Notes under the pieces: model-generated
What the model saw: only the letters and a program-made list of their open reading frames with translations
Database searches by the model: none
What the model was told of the DNA's origin: nothing
Program-made: the position numbers and the translations under genes
Assembly (NCBI GenBank): GCA_021811265.1
Contig: JAJZPH010000002.1
Location: 14,821-78,820, forward strand
DNA from: a bacterium
GTDB lineage: Bacteria; Chlamydiota; Chlamydiia; Chlamydiales; SM23-39
DNA: 64,000 nt
Direction: 5' to 3'
Part shown: one piece after another, positions 17,687 through 27,700 of the stretch
Layout of the letters: the number at the start of each line of letters is the position of its first letter
Position numbering within the stretch: the first letter of the stretch is position 1

Positions 17687-19695
17687 AGAGGTAAAAAGTC
17701 CAAAGTTGCGATCAACATGTCGATCAATTTAATTCCAACAAAGGGCAGGATCACACCTCCTCCTCCATAGAGAAGAAGATTTTTCTTTAAGATGTTTTCC
17801 GGTTTTTGCAGCACAAATTTGACCCCCTTCATGGCAAGAGGGATCAGGGCCACAATAATGAGCGCGTTGAAGATGATTGCGCTTAAAATGGCCGTTTGGG
17901 GCGTGGTTAAATTGAGAAGGTTCAACGACTGAAAAAAGGGAAATACCGGCAAAAGCATGGCGGGCAGGACAGCAAAATATTTTGCCACATCGTTGGCGAT
18001 GCTAAATGTGGTAAGAGCTCCTCTTGTCATGAGGAGCTGCTTGCCAATTTTAATAATCGAAAAAATCTTTGTGGGATTCGAGTCGAGGTCGATCATGTTT
18101 CCCGCCTCTTTTGCAGCCTGCGTGCCTGCATTCATGGCAATCCCCACATTGGCATGTGCGAGCGCCGGTGCGTCATTTACCCCATCTCCTGTCATAGCAA
18201 CCATAAAACCCTTTTTTTGCATGCTCTCGACATAGGAAAGCTTGTGTTCTGGAGTTGCCTCTGCGATGAAATCAGACACTTCTGCCTCTTTGGCAATTGC
18301 CTCTGCGGTAATTTCATTGTCTCCGGTGATCATGACGATTTTTTGTCCCACGGCACGATTCTTGCGAAACTGCTCGGCAATTCCCGGCTTGATCACATCT
18401 TTCAAATGGATGACGCCCAAAATGCTTCCATTGCGTAAGACAAGCAGAGGAGAGGCTCCTCTTTTTGCAATCTCTTGGATTTTATGTAATAGATAAAAAG
18501 AGGGGGGCTTGAGGGCCAATTTCTCGATGGCATCTTTAGCCCCTTTGCGGATGGAGACATCTCCGATGTCGATGCCGCTCAGCCTGGTAGAAGCGCTAAA
18601 TGGAATGAAATTACCTTTGGTTTCGAGAGATTTAAAATGGGGATAGAGCTTGAGGGCAAGATCTACTATGCTCTTTCCTTCGGGAGAGAAATCTTCTATT
18701 GAAGAAGTATAAGATGCTTTTGCTAGATCTTCTTCGGTGATGCGTTCTTCGGGGAAAAAACCAACAGCATGGCGGCTGCCGAGAGTGATGGTTCCCGTTT
18801 TGTCTACCATAATGATATCGACGTCTCCTGCAGCTTCAATGGCCTGCCCACTCATGGCAAGAACGTTAAATCTCATCAGGTGGTTGATTCCCGCAATTCC
18901 AATGGCGCTCAAAAGACCTGCGATTGTTGTGGGGATCAAGCAGACAAGAAAGGCCACCAGCATGCTATAGGGAAAGTCGATGTGAAAAAAGCTTCCGAAA
19001 ATTTTTAAAGAGATGATCACAATGAGAAAGATGAAGGAGAGTCCCGACAAAAGAATGGTAAGAGCAATCTCGTTATGAGTTTTTTTTCTTTTTGCTGTTT
19101 CAATGAGGTGGATCATCTTGTCCAGATAGGTTTCTCCAGGATTGGCAGTAACGCGTACCTTGATCTCATCGGAGAGAAGTTTTGTCCCTGCAGTAACGGT
19201 ATTTTGATCGCTCCCATATGCGCGGATTACGGGCGCTGATTCTCCGGTGATGGCAGACTCGTCGATGGAAGCGCTTCCTTCGATGATTTCTCCATCGGTG
19301 GGAACGATTTCTCCACTTTTGATGAGGATGAGATCATTCTTTTTGAGAAGAGAAGCTGCGGTGCGGGTGATTTGGCTCCCTTGCAGAAGATTGGCAAAGG
19401 CTACCTGCCTAGTTGCTCTGAGAGATGCTGCGTAATGTTCATTGCGGCTTTCGGAAAAAGCTTCGGAAAAATTGGCAAAAAGGACTGTGGCCCAGAGCCA
19501 TAGGGCTATGTGCAGAGTAAAGGTAAACAGATGTTCTTTGGCAAAGAAAAGCTCAAGAGTAGTAAAAAAAGCGCCGACAGCAGTCAAGAACATCACAGGG
19601 TTTTGGATCAAGGTCTTGGGATGGAATTTGGTCAAAGCGCTCCATATAAGATGAGACCAAGAGATTTTTTTGCGTGGAATCTGTTTCATCGCCAA
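17683..19695 (-). CDS. kdpB: K+-transporting P-type ATPase subunit B
   Basis: MVDKTGTIT phosphorylation site, ITGDNEITA, and the MTGDGVNDAPALA hinge. Confidence 0.95.
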   Translation of the reverse strand: MAMKQIPRKKISWSHLIWSALTKFHPKTLIQNPVMFLTAVGAFFTTLELFFAKEHLFTFTLHIALWLWATVLFANFSEAFSESRNEHYAASLRATRQVAFANLLQGSQITRTAASLLKKNDLILIKSGEIVPTDGEIIEGSASIDESAITGESAPVIRAYGSDQNTVTAGTKLLSDEIKVRVTANPGETYLDKMIHLIETAKRKKTHNEIALTILLSGLSFIFLIVIISLKIFGSFFHIDFPYSMLVAFLVCLIPTTIAGLLSAIGIAGINHLMRFNVLAMSGQAIEAAGDVDIIMVDKTGTITLGSRHAVGFFPEERITEEDLAKASYTSSIEDFSPEGKSIVDLALKLYPHFKSLETKGNFIPFSASTRLSGIDIGDVSIRKGAKDAIEKLALKPPSFYLLHKIQEIAKRGASPLLVLRNGSILGVIHLKDVIKPGIAEQFRKNRAVGQKIVMITGDNEITAEAIAKEAEVSDFIAEATPEHKLSYVESMQKKGFMVAMTGDGVNDAPALAHANVGIAMNAGTQAAKEAGNMIDLDSNPTKIFSIIKIGKQLLMTRGALTTFSIANDVAKYFAVLPAMLLPVFPFFQSLNLLNLTTPQTAILSAIIFNALIIVALIPLAMKGVKFVLQKPENILKKNLLLYGGGGVILPFVGIKLIDMLIATLDFLPL

Positions 19696-19700
19696 ACCTT

Positions 19701-21416
19701 TTAATAAAAAATGTTTCTTACCATATCCATGTGTTCCAAAATGGGACCTAAAACAAGCGCAGGAGAGTAGGTCAAAGCGCCTAGAACGAGAATGACAGCC
19801 AGCAAGATGGAGAAAAAGAGCGCGCCGTGGATGGGAAAAGATCCTTCAGGGAGAGGGTGTCTTCCTTTTTTCACAAAATAGTGTGACAAGATCATGACGG
19901 GGACGATGAGGCCAAACCTGCCAATGAGCATAGCCAAAGCCAGTAGTATGTTGTAGGCAAAGATGTTGTAGTTGCTTCCTTCAAATCCGCTGCCATTGTT
20001 TGCGGTGGTCGAGGTAAAGGCATATAGTATTTCAGTAAGTCCGTGAGGGCCTGGATTGAAGATAGATTCCTTTCCCCATATGGTCAGCGAAGAAAATGCA
20101 GTAAATCCAAGAATTGTCGTAAATAAAATCAGCATGGCCAGCATGGTCATTTTAATTTCACCCGTTTCTAGTCTTTTGCCCAGATAGTCTGGGGTGCGTC
20201 CTATCATAAGCCCTGCAATAAAAATGGCGATGATCACGATCACCACCATATCGTATAGCCCCGAGCCTACCCCTCCAAAAAGAATTTCTCCGAGCTGCAT
20301 GTTAAGCAGCGGAATCAAACCTCCGAGCGGTGTAAAGGAGGTATGAGATGAGTTTGTAGCGCCACAAGAAGTGGCAGTGGTGGCTGTTGCGAAGAGCGCA
20401 GAATCGAAAACTCCAAAACGAACCTCTTTTCCTTCCATGTTGGGTGCAGAAGAATGAAGGCTCGCTTCTTGTAAAAGGAAAGATCCTTTGAATTCTGCAT
20501 GGTTGCAAAGAAATACCCCCAAGGCAAAAAGAGTGCTCATGAGCAGATAGAGAGTCCATCCATGCTTGTGATTTTTTACCTCTTTTCCAAAATAAAAAGT
20601 TTGTGCTGCCGGGATGAGTAGAAAAGCGAAAATTTCAAAAAAATTGGTGAGAGGCGTTGGGTTTTCATAGGGGTGGGCAGAGTTGGTGTTGGTATATCCT
20701 CCTCCATTGGTGCCGATGAGCTTGATGGCCTCTTGTGAAGCAATGGGCCCTTGCACAATCGTTTGCACCTCTTTGCTTTCAAGACAGTGGGCCTTTTGAT
20801 AGGATTGGAAGTTCTGCGGGACTCCTTCCGATAGAAGAAAGAGGGAAAAAAGAAGAGCTAGGGGCAAGAAAAGATAAAGAGATAAGCGGACCAAGTCGGT
20901 GAAAAAATTTCCCACGGTTTTTTCTTTTTGGCGCACGAGCGCTCTTGTAAGGACTGCAAGTGTGCACAAACCGACGGCGGGAGATAAAAAATTTTGTACA
21001 GCCAGAACTGCCATTTGAGAAAAATAGGAGAGGGTGGTTTCTCCACTGTAGTTTTGCCAGTTGGTGTTGGTGACGAAGCTGGCGGCGATGTTAAAATTTA
21101 AATCCATAGAGGCAGAGGGGAGATGTTCTGGATTGAGGGGGAGTAGGGTTTGCAGTTGCAATAAAAGAAAAACAAAAAGAAGTGAAACAAAGCTAAAGAA
21201 AAGAAGTGATAAGAGATAGTGCAAAGCGCTTTCCTCTTCTTCTGGTTGGATATGGCAGAGGCGGTAGATCAAACGCTCGAGGGGTCCGAGAATAGGGTGC
21301 AAAAAGGTTTTTTCTTTGGGATTTAGAATTTGTGCAAGATAAAGACCGAGCGGTTTTCTCAATAATGTGAGAAGAGAGAGAAGTAAGATAAGAAAAAAAA
21401 GGGTATGTAGCTTCAT
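19701..21416 (-). CDS. kdpA: K+-transporting ATPase subunit A
   Basis: 571 aa, polytopic. Selectivity-filter-like GTNGGGYTNTNSAHPYENP and NNGSGFEG. Confidence 0.95.
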   Translation of the reverse strand: MKLHTLFFLILLLSLLTLLRKPLGLYLAQILNPKEKTFLHPILGPLERLIYRLCHIQPEEEESALHYLLSLLFFSFVSLLFVFLLLQLQTLLPLNPEHLPSASMDLNFNIAASFVTNTNWQNYSGETTLSYFSQMAVLAVQNFLSPAVGLCTLAVLTRALVRQKEKTVGNFFTDLVRLSLYLFLPLALLFSLFLLSEGVPQNFQSYQKAHCLESKEVQTIVQGPIASQEAIKLIGTNGGGYTNTNSAHPYENPTPLTNFFEIFAFLLIPAAQTFYFGKEVKNHKHGWTLYLLMSTLFALGVFLCNHAEFKGSFLLQEASLHSSAPNMEGKEVRFGVFDSALFATATTATSCGATNSSHTSFTPLGGLIPLLNMQLGEILFGGVGSGLYDMVVIVIIAIFIAGLMIGRTPDYLGKRLETGEIKMTMLAMLILFTTILGFTAFSSLTIWGKESIFNPGPHGLTEILYAFTSTTANNGSGFEGSNYNIFAYNILLALAMLIGRFGLIVPVMILSHYFVKKGRHPLPEGSFPIHGALFFSILLAVILVLGALTYSPALVLGPILEHMDMVRNIFY

Positions 21417-21425
21417 GGTGATCTC

Positions 21426-21512
21426 TTAAAAATGCTCGGGCCAAAGAATGACTGCTAATAGATAAGCTAAAAGAAGAAAAGAAGTGATGGAGATCAAAAG
21501 AGAGAGAAACAT
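21426..21512 (-). CDS. kdpF: K+-transporting ATPase subunit F (28 aa)
   Basis: Not in the ORF track because it is too short. The minus strand reads ATG...MFLSLLISITSFLLLAYLLAVILWPEHF-TAA, one TM helix. The stop lies 9 nt upstream of the kdpA ATG. Confidence 0.7.
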   Translation of the reverse strand: MFLSLLISITSFLLLAYLLAVILWPEHF

Positions 21513-21626
21513 GCTCTTTTTTCCTTTTTTTTCAATCTGCGTAAAAAAAAATAATTTGTCAATCCCTGGGGGGAAGGATACTTAAGAGAGCTGGAAGTTC
21601 CAAGATGCTTCTGTATTTTTCTTCTT

Positions 21627-21645
21627 TTCTTGGACAATTCCTTAG
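21627..21645 (-). promoter_or_regulatory. copy C of the conserved 19-bp motif (17/19 match), upstream of kdpF
   Basis: The plus strand reads ttcttggacaattccttag, against ttcttggacagttcctaag at 29262 and 46322. It lies 115-133 nt upstream of the kdpF ATG. Confidence 0.3.
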
Positions 21646-21946
21646 AGAAGAAATAAGGGATAGAGGGATAATCTCTCTGTTTCTTTTTTGACTTCCAAGG
21701 ACAAACACAACACATTCAAAAATAATTACTTGTCAATAAATTTTTCTTGCAATCGCCCTGCTTCTCCAAAATCTCTCTCCTGATAAAATTTTTATTAGGG
21801 CATTTTAACATTGTGTATTTAGGACAAGTCTACTTTGGCCCTGCAAAAAAAAATATTTTCTTAACAAATTTTCATTTTTTTTGTCCCTTTTCTCGAGGAT
21901 TTATGATAAAATTTACCCTCGCAAGGTTAGCAATGAGGAAAAAAAT

Positions 21947-22384
21947 ATGACTATTTCATTTGGAGGAGCTGCGATTTTGGTAGGGGGAGCCTATCTTTTG
22001 CCGAAGGTATTGAACTATCTTACGACTCGCCCTGAAGATGATACTTCTAGATTAGGGAAATTACGGGGAGATTTAGCAGATTTACGAGACGAACTAAAAG
22101 AAATAGCAGGAGAAGGGATTTGGTTTGTGGTTAGTAAAGTGGTGGGAGAGAATGGGTGGATTGGCATGTTGGGGTTATTGTTTTCTCTTTGGCAACTAAA
22201 ATCTGGTATTTTGATTTCCGAAGCAGTTCTTTCTTCAACATGTCTGGACCATGTCCTTGTTACCCTTGAAAAAATAGAAAAGGGAGTTGTATATGCAGGA
22301 ATATTTCTTGGTTGTGCTGGCATAACTGCTAATGCGCGAACACTTCTTGTCGCCGCGTACCCACCTTTAGGTAAGTTTTTATGA
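21947..22384 (+). CDS. hypothetical small membrane protein
   Basis: The internal ATG gives MTISFGGAAILVGGAYLL... with 3 hydrophobic segments. No recognisable family. Confidence 0.4.
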   Translation: MTISFGGAAILVGGAYLLPKVLNYLTTRPEDDTSRLGKLRGDLADLRDELKEIAGEGIWFVVSKVVGENGWIGMLGLLFSLWQLKSGILISEAVLSSTCLDHVLVTLEKIEKGVVYAGIFLGCAGITANARTLLVAAYPPLGKFL

Positions 22385-22387
22385 GGT

Positions 22388-23323
22388 TCATTCCTTTGGA
22401 TATTTCTTCCAGAAGGCCAGGCCTTTTTTTACGTGATTTTGTCGTGCGAAAAGGCCTTCGACTTTTTTAGGACGTATACGAAAGAAAAAGGAGAGCGTGC
22501 CGCCGCTAATAATAATGAAAATCCCGATCCAGATTGACCAGTGTTGCGGCTCGTGAAAGAAGAGCCCGCTAATGAGTGTCGTAAAAATAATGATCGAATA
22601 GGAAAGAGGAGAGAGAAAAGAGGCGGTTCCATAGCGATAAGCGGTGGTGAGGAAAATTTGGGCAAGAATCGACAGGGCTCCTAGTAAAATTAAAAGCAGT
22701 AGCTGAAAGAGTGTAGGGGTTTGCCATTGAAAGAGGCAGAAAATGAGAGAAAAAAGAGTGCCGGTAATGAAAAAATAGAGAAGGGTTCTCGATAAGGACT
22801 CTCCTTGTCGATTTAGATTTTTTAGCGCCACAACAGCAAATGCGGAACAGAGAGCCGAGAGAGTGCCAATGAGTGAGCTTAAATAAAAAAGGTTTTTGGG
22901 CTTCAAAATGATCAAAACCCCGATAAACCCAATCACCACCATCCACCAGACATCCTTTTCTATGGGCTCTTTACGCCAGAGTTTACATACGAAAGGTACA
23001 TAAAAAGGACTCATATAGGATAGGACTGTTGCATTGACAAGCCCCATTTTCTGGATGGCTAAAAAAAGCGTCCAAAAGCTCAAAACCCCTGCAAGGTCGC
23101 GCACTAGGTGCAGAGAAAGATTGGTGCGTTGAAAATTTAACGTACCCTTTTTCATGCAATAGGGGATGATCACGATCAGAGAGATGAAGTTTTGAAAAAA
23201 AACAATTTCCATTACGGGGAAATGCTCAGGCAGCGCTTGCACGCAAGCGGAAGAGAGGGCAAAAAATAGATTTGCGATGATGGTAATGCCGATGCCAAGC
23301 AAAAGGGAAGTTCTTAAATCCAC
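22388..23323 (-). CDS. EamA/DMT-superfamily transporter
   Basis: 311 aa with ten predicted TM helices in two similar halves, typical of EamA-domain permeases. Confidence 0.75.
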   Translation of the reverse strand: MDLRTSLLLGIGITIIANLFFALSSACVQALPEHFPVMEIVFFQNFISLIVIIPYCMKKGTLNFQRTNLSLHLVRDLAGVLSFWTLFLAIQKMGLVNATVLSYMSPFYVPFVCKLWRKEPIEKDVWWMVVIGFIGVLIILKPKNLFYLSSLIGTLSALCSAFAVVALKNLNRQGESLSRTLLYFFITGTLFSLIFCLFQWQTPTLFQLLLLILLGALSILAQIFLTTAYRYGTASFLSPLSYSIIIFTTLISGLFFHEPQHWSIWIGIFIIISGGTLSFFFRIRPKKVEGLFARQNHVKKGLAFWKKYPKE

Positions 23324-23407
23324 GAAAGCCTCTGATCATGAAAGTAGTTCATGATACGAAAAAATGGAACAATTTTCACTTACAGAATTTTTTTGGGAGC
23401 TGCTGTC

Positions 23408-23812
23408 TCATTGCGGCGGAATTTGTTTGTCGACTCTGGCAGGATCATATTTGTAGAGAACATCGTCGATCTCAATGGTTTGGTAGATCCACTTTTCTTC
23501 ATTTTCTCGAAGCAAGCGATCAAATCCCATAAAATAGCCTTTCAAAAATCCATAGCGCTTCATGGCAAGCTGCATATATCTCGAACTTGTCGGACGAAAA
23601 TGACTTCTGGGGCCGTCGATGGGCGAGATCACTTTTTGGTGGAAGAGAATAATCTTATCGAAAAAAGATGAGGGAAGAGAGATCGATGTTTTTTTCTCTC
23701 TGTCTTTTTCGGCAAGCTGATGGTCCTTTCCCCATGGAGGAAAGTAGCCGGCAGCGGCATTGAGAAAGAGGGGGAGCGATAAGAAGAAAATAGAAAGTAT
23801 TCTAGAAGCCAT
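23408..23812 (-). CDS. YidD-like (haemolytic-domain) protein lacking the conserved cysteines, with signal peptide
   Basis: ILFHQKVISPIDGPRSHFRPTSSRYMQLAMKRYGFLKGYFMGFDRLLREN aligns with the YidD consensus (YQ..ISP..G.RCRF.PTCS.Y...A....G...G......R..RC). Ser/Ser/Glu replace the three Cys positions. Confidence 0.5.
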   Translation of the reverse strand: MASRILSIFFLSLPLFLNAAAGYFPPWGKDHQLAEKDREKKTSISLPSSFFDKIILFHQKVISPIDGPRSHFRPTSSRYMQLAMKRYGFLKGYFMGFDRLLRENEEKWIYQTIEIDDVLYKYDPARVDKQIPPQ

Positions 23813-24794
23813 AGCGCAGCATCAATAGAGGAAAAAGTTTTTCTTGCTTCATGAAAGGAGTTGCGGTCTTTTCAAAAACGCGCTCGTTGTAAAATTTGGT
23901 CTCTTCGGCAGCCCCATAAATTCCTCCAAAATACCAGCCTGCTTCAAAAGAGGCTGTGATGATGCCGGCGGCTATATGTCCGTGGTGAAAAAATTCATAG
24001 GTGGCTGCAATGAAAAGGCCATTCATCAAAAAAGCTGTAATGGCTGTTCTTTTCAGTCCCAAATACCAGTAGCCGCTGCCGGGGAGAAGGAGGTTGAGGA
24101 CTTCTGCTTTTTGTGCGGATTTTTTTCCCCTTTCGTAGAGGGAAACAAGTGGGTTTAATTCAGGCTTTTTTTTTATGAAATCAAGATCTCCACTCAAAAG
24201 AGCAGAAGAGGTAAGAAGCTTTTCGGATAGGTCTGGAAAGTGGAGATAGATCTGCTGCAATATCTGCTCTTTTTCTTCTTCCTTTTTTAAGATGCGGTAG
24301 GAATCAAGGAGCATAATCAGAAGTTCGCGGAAGGCAGGAAAAGAAGCATCGCACTGTCGCAGGGGACCCTTTTCAAATGTATCCACAACCTCTTGATATT
24401 GCTTTCCCAGATAGTAGCAATAGAGGATGTCATAGGAAACTTCTTTTTTTCTAGCGTTGAAACTGGGAGGAAGAAGAATTTCTGCACGCTTGAGAGTAGA
24501 AATGGCTCTGTAGAGATCAAGATCCTGAAAGAATTGACGGGAGATGAGAAGTTCTTTTCCCCAGTCCTCTTTTTCTTCGAGAATATTAAGAGGCGGAAAA
24601 GGAGAGGGAAGAGAGGTAAGGAAACGATCGTGCACTTGGCATTCGATTTTGGGATGGATCTGGCAGACCGTTTTAGAACAACTACACAAAAAGAAAAAAA
24701 GAAGAAAGAGAGCCGTCCTTCCACTCTTGAGAACAGGGGGGAGGATTTTGAAACTGGCGGGAAAAATGGTTTTAGCCTGCCTCTTCTTCCTCAT
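23802..24794 (-). CDS. hypothetical protein with helical-repeat middle and C-terminal membrane segments
   Basis: ORF downstream of sctC on the same strand. N-terminal TM (TALFLLFFFLCSC) and C-terminal hydrophobic pair (AITAFLMNGLFIAATYEFF, AAGIITASFEAGWYFGGIYG). The start is uncertain; the track ORF extends to 24854 and overlaps sctC. Confidence 0.4.
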   Translation of the reverse strand: MRKKRQAKTIFPASFKILPPVLKSGRTALFLLFFFLCSCSKTVCQIHPKIECQVHDRFLTSLPSPFPPLNILEEKEDWGKELLISRQFFQDLDLYRAISTLKRAEILLPPSFNARKKEVSYDILYCYYLGKQYQEVVDTFEKGPLRQCDASFPAFRELLIMLLDSYRILKKEEEKEQILQQIYLHFPDLSEKLLTSSALLSGDLDFIKKKPELNPLVSLYERGKKSAQKAEVLNLLLPGSGYWYLGLKRTAITAFLMNGLFIAATYEFFHHGHIAAGIITASFEAGWYFGGIYGAAEETKFYNERVFEKTATPFMKQEKLFPLLMLRYGF

Positions 24795-27700
24795 AGGAGT
24801 TAAAGGAGTCGATGGATTCATCATAATCTCTTTGGAGTCCGGGTGTTCCTGCATGATCTCTAAAGTAATCTTCCTGGTTTTCTGAAACGGTTTTCATGTC
24901 TTTATAGGAATTGATGATGTGCGGACGAATGAAGATAACCAGGTTGTCTCGTGATTGGTTTTTTTGCGTTTCTGAAAAAGCAACGCCTAGCCATGGGAGC
25001 CCCCCTAAACAGGGAATGCCTGTTTTGGACCTGGTTTTGGTCTCCAGGGCCATGCCGCTTAAGATCAAAAAATTGCGGTTGGGGATGTGCACGGTGGTGT
25101 TCATCGTTGTTTTGGTGCTTGTAATTCCTGTAATAGAAGCTGAGTTTAAAGTAACCGTAGCACCCGATGGAGTTGCGGGAACGGTGGAGTTTTCCATGAT
25201 GATGGTCAGGGTAACTACATCGGTATTTCCAAGAAAAGGAGTGAGAGAGAGGTTCATGCCAATGTCGCGATATTCGATGTTTGTAGAAGCAGAACTATTG
25301 GCTCCAGATGTAGAGATGGCAGATCCCACAAAGGGAACGTTTCTTCCGATGAAAATGGTGGATGTTTTGCTATCCTGCGTCAAGATTTTGGGCGTCATGA
25401 CAATGCTCGTCTCGGAGTCTTGTTGAAGTGCTACAATAAGCGATCCGAGCGAAAGGTAGGATTTTCCTTTGTGCATGATGATGTCGCCGATGACTCCTAA
25501 GTCAAATCCATTTGTAAAGGTGAGCATGGAATTGGCGTTGGGGGTAGTACCAGTATTATTCAAACTATTGAGGCCAACGGGAAAAGCACCGGAGGGCTGA
25601 CTGGATGGGACAGAACCGGCAGGCGGAACGGGAAGGTTGGAGAGGCTTCCTGCGAATTTATTTTTATATTGTAGGTGGCTTCCCCAATCGAGACCAAAAT
25701 CCATCAGATTGTTCAGGGTAGTTTCAATGACCAGCATTTCGACAAAGACCTGTTTTAAGGGAATGTCGAGATTCTTGATGAGCTCTTTGAGCCTAGTCAT
25801 TGTCTCTTGATCTCCGGAACAGAGAAGAGAGTTGGTCACCTGGATCCATTGGACGGAGTTGATCGAGCTGAGAAGAGTGTCTTTTACGTTGGCGTTCGAC
25901 TTGATCAGGTCGGTGGCGATTTGGCGCAAGGCTGCCTGAATCTCATCTCCTTTGTGGTATTGGAGTTTATAGACAAGAAAGCTGGTATTGTCGATGGGTT
26001 CGATCGATTCGGTGGGGGCACCTGTTCCTTGAGGAACGTCGAAGGTCGCAAGGAGGTTTTTGATTTCGGTAATTGATTTTTCATCGCCCGTAAAAATGAG
26101 CGATTGGGTGTTGTCTGCCCACTTGACGCTTACAATTGCATTGTAGAGAGTGCGGTTGGAAAATCCTGCAGTTTGCAGGTGAGAAGCAAAATCCTTCAAA
26201 ATGCTTTCCAAAGCAGGACCTGTGAGAAATTGCGGTTTGTAGACAAAGAATGCGTTGGGTTTTGCAAACTCTTCTCCCGTAGTAATGTCAAATTTATCGA
26301 CGAGAGGTTTTACTTTTTCCAAAGCTTCTGGGGCTCCTGTAAATAAAAGCGATTGGGAAAGAGCGTCATATTTCCCGCTTGTTAGGGCTTCGATAAAATC
26401 TGTGTCTGAGCTTCCCGATTGTTTTAGATCTGCAGCAATGGAATTTAAAGCTGTCGTGATCTGCTGGGGGTTGCCGCTGCGGATGCGATAGACCCAGATG
26501 GTCGATTTTGCTCCGGGAGCCCCTTTGGATACATCGATCGTTTTAATCAGCTGTTCGATTTTGGCAAGAGCAGCTTCTGTTCCTGTAAATACAAGTGAGT
26601 TGGTGGATTCTACCTGTTTGATGCTTTGAATGGACGCAATGAGTTCGGGGTCGGCAAGATTGGACTTTTGCAAATTGTTAGATATTTCCTTGAGAGAACT
26701 TTCGATTTGAGCTGCAGAAACATACTTGGGCTCATACATAAAAAACTTAGTATGGGGCGAGGCCTCTTTTCTCTGGATATCATATTGTGCAATGAGCTGC
26801 TTTGCCTCTTCGATTGCCGTTGGATCTCCTGCGAGAAGAAGAGAGTTGGTCTCTTTGATCCATTTGATGTTTTCGATCAGTTTGATCAAGGCGGGGTTTT
26901 CGATTTGTTGCGTTTGGAGTTTGGAGACAAACTTGTCGAGATCTTCTTCGATGATATCTCCGGAAACGTGTTGTAATTTATAGAGGAAGTAGGCGCCCTT
27001 TTCAAGGGCTGTTTTTTTAGTGGAGATGTCAAACTCTTGAAGGATATCTTTTACTCTCGCGAGGCTTGCTTTGGTTCCTGAAAAGAGAAAAGACTGGGAG
27101 TCTTCGATCCACTTCATGGTGTTCAAGCAGGAGATAAGGTCCAAAGCAGAAATGTCAGATTTATTCAGATGCTCTGCGACATTTTGAAGGTAGTGTTCCA
27201 GCGCTACTTTGGAAGCAAATTGAGGGCGATAGATGAAAAAGTTGGCCTCTTTTTCTGTAGGTTCTCCTGGAAGGTCCATCCCTTTTAATAGAGACTCGAC
27301 GCGCTTGAGAGAGGCGTCGTCGCCAGTAAAAACAAGGGCATTGGCAGAAGAGACCCATTGAATGCTTCGGATGGTTTGCAAAAAAGAGGGGTCGGTAAGA
27401 CGCGCCTCTTCTAGGTTTTTTGTGATGTCGAGCATCGACTGGTAGAGTTTTGCGCCAGAAATGTTTTGTGGCTTATAGACTAAAAACTGATCTCTTGAGG
27501 GGCGTTTGTCCTGCTGCACTTTGTGCTGCGATGCATCGATATCAAATGAGGGAAGCATCGATTGCAGATCTTTGAGAGTGGCGCCCTCTCCCATGAAAAG
27601 TAGAGAGGTGGTTTCGGGAATATATTTTGCACTTTGAATGGCCTCGAACAAAGAAGGATTGTCGATTCCCGATTTTTTTAAATTTTCCTCCATGGTTTTG

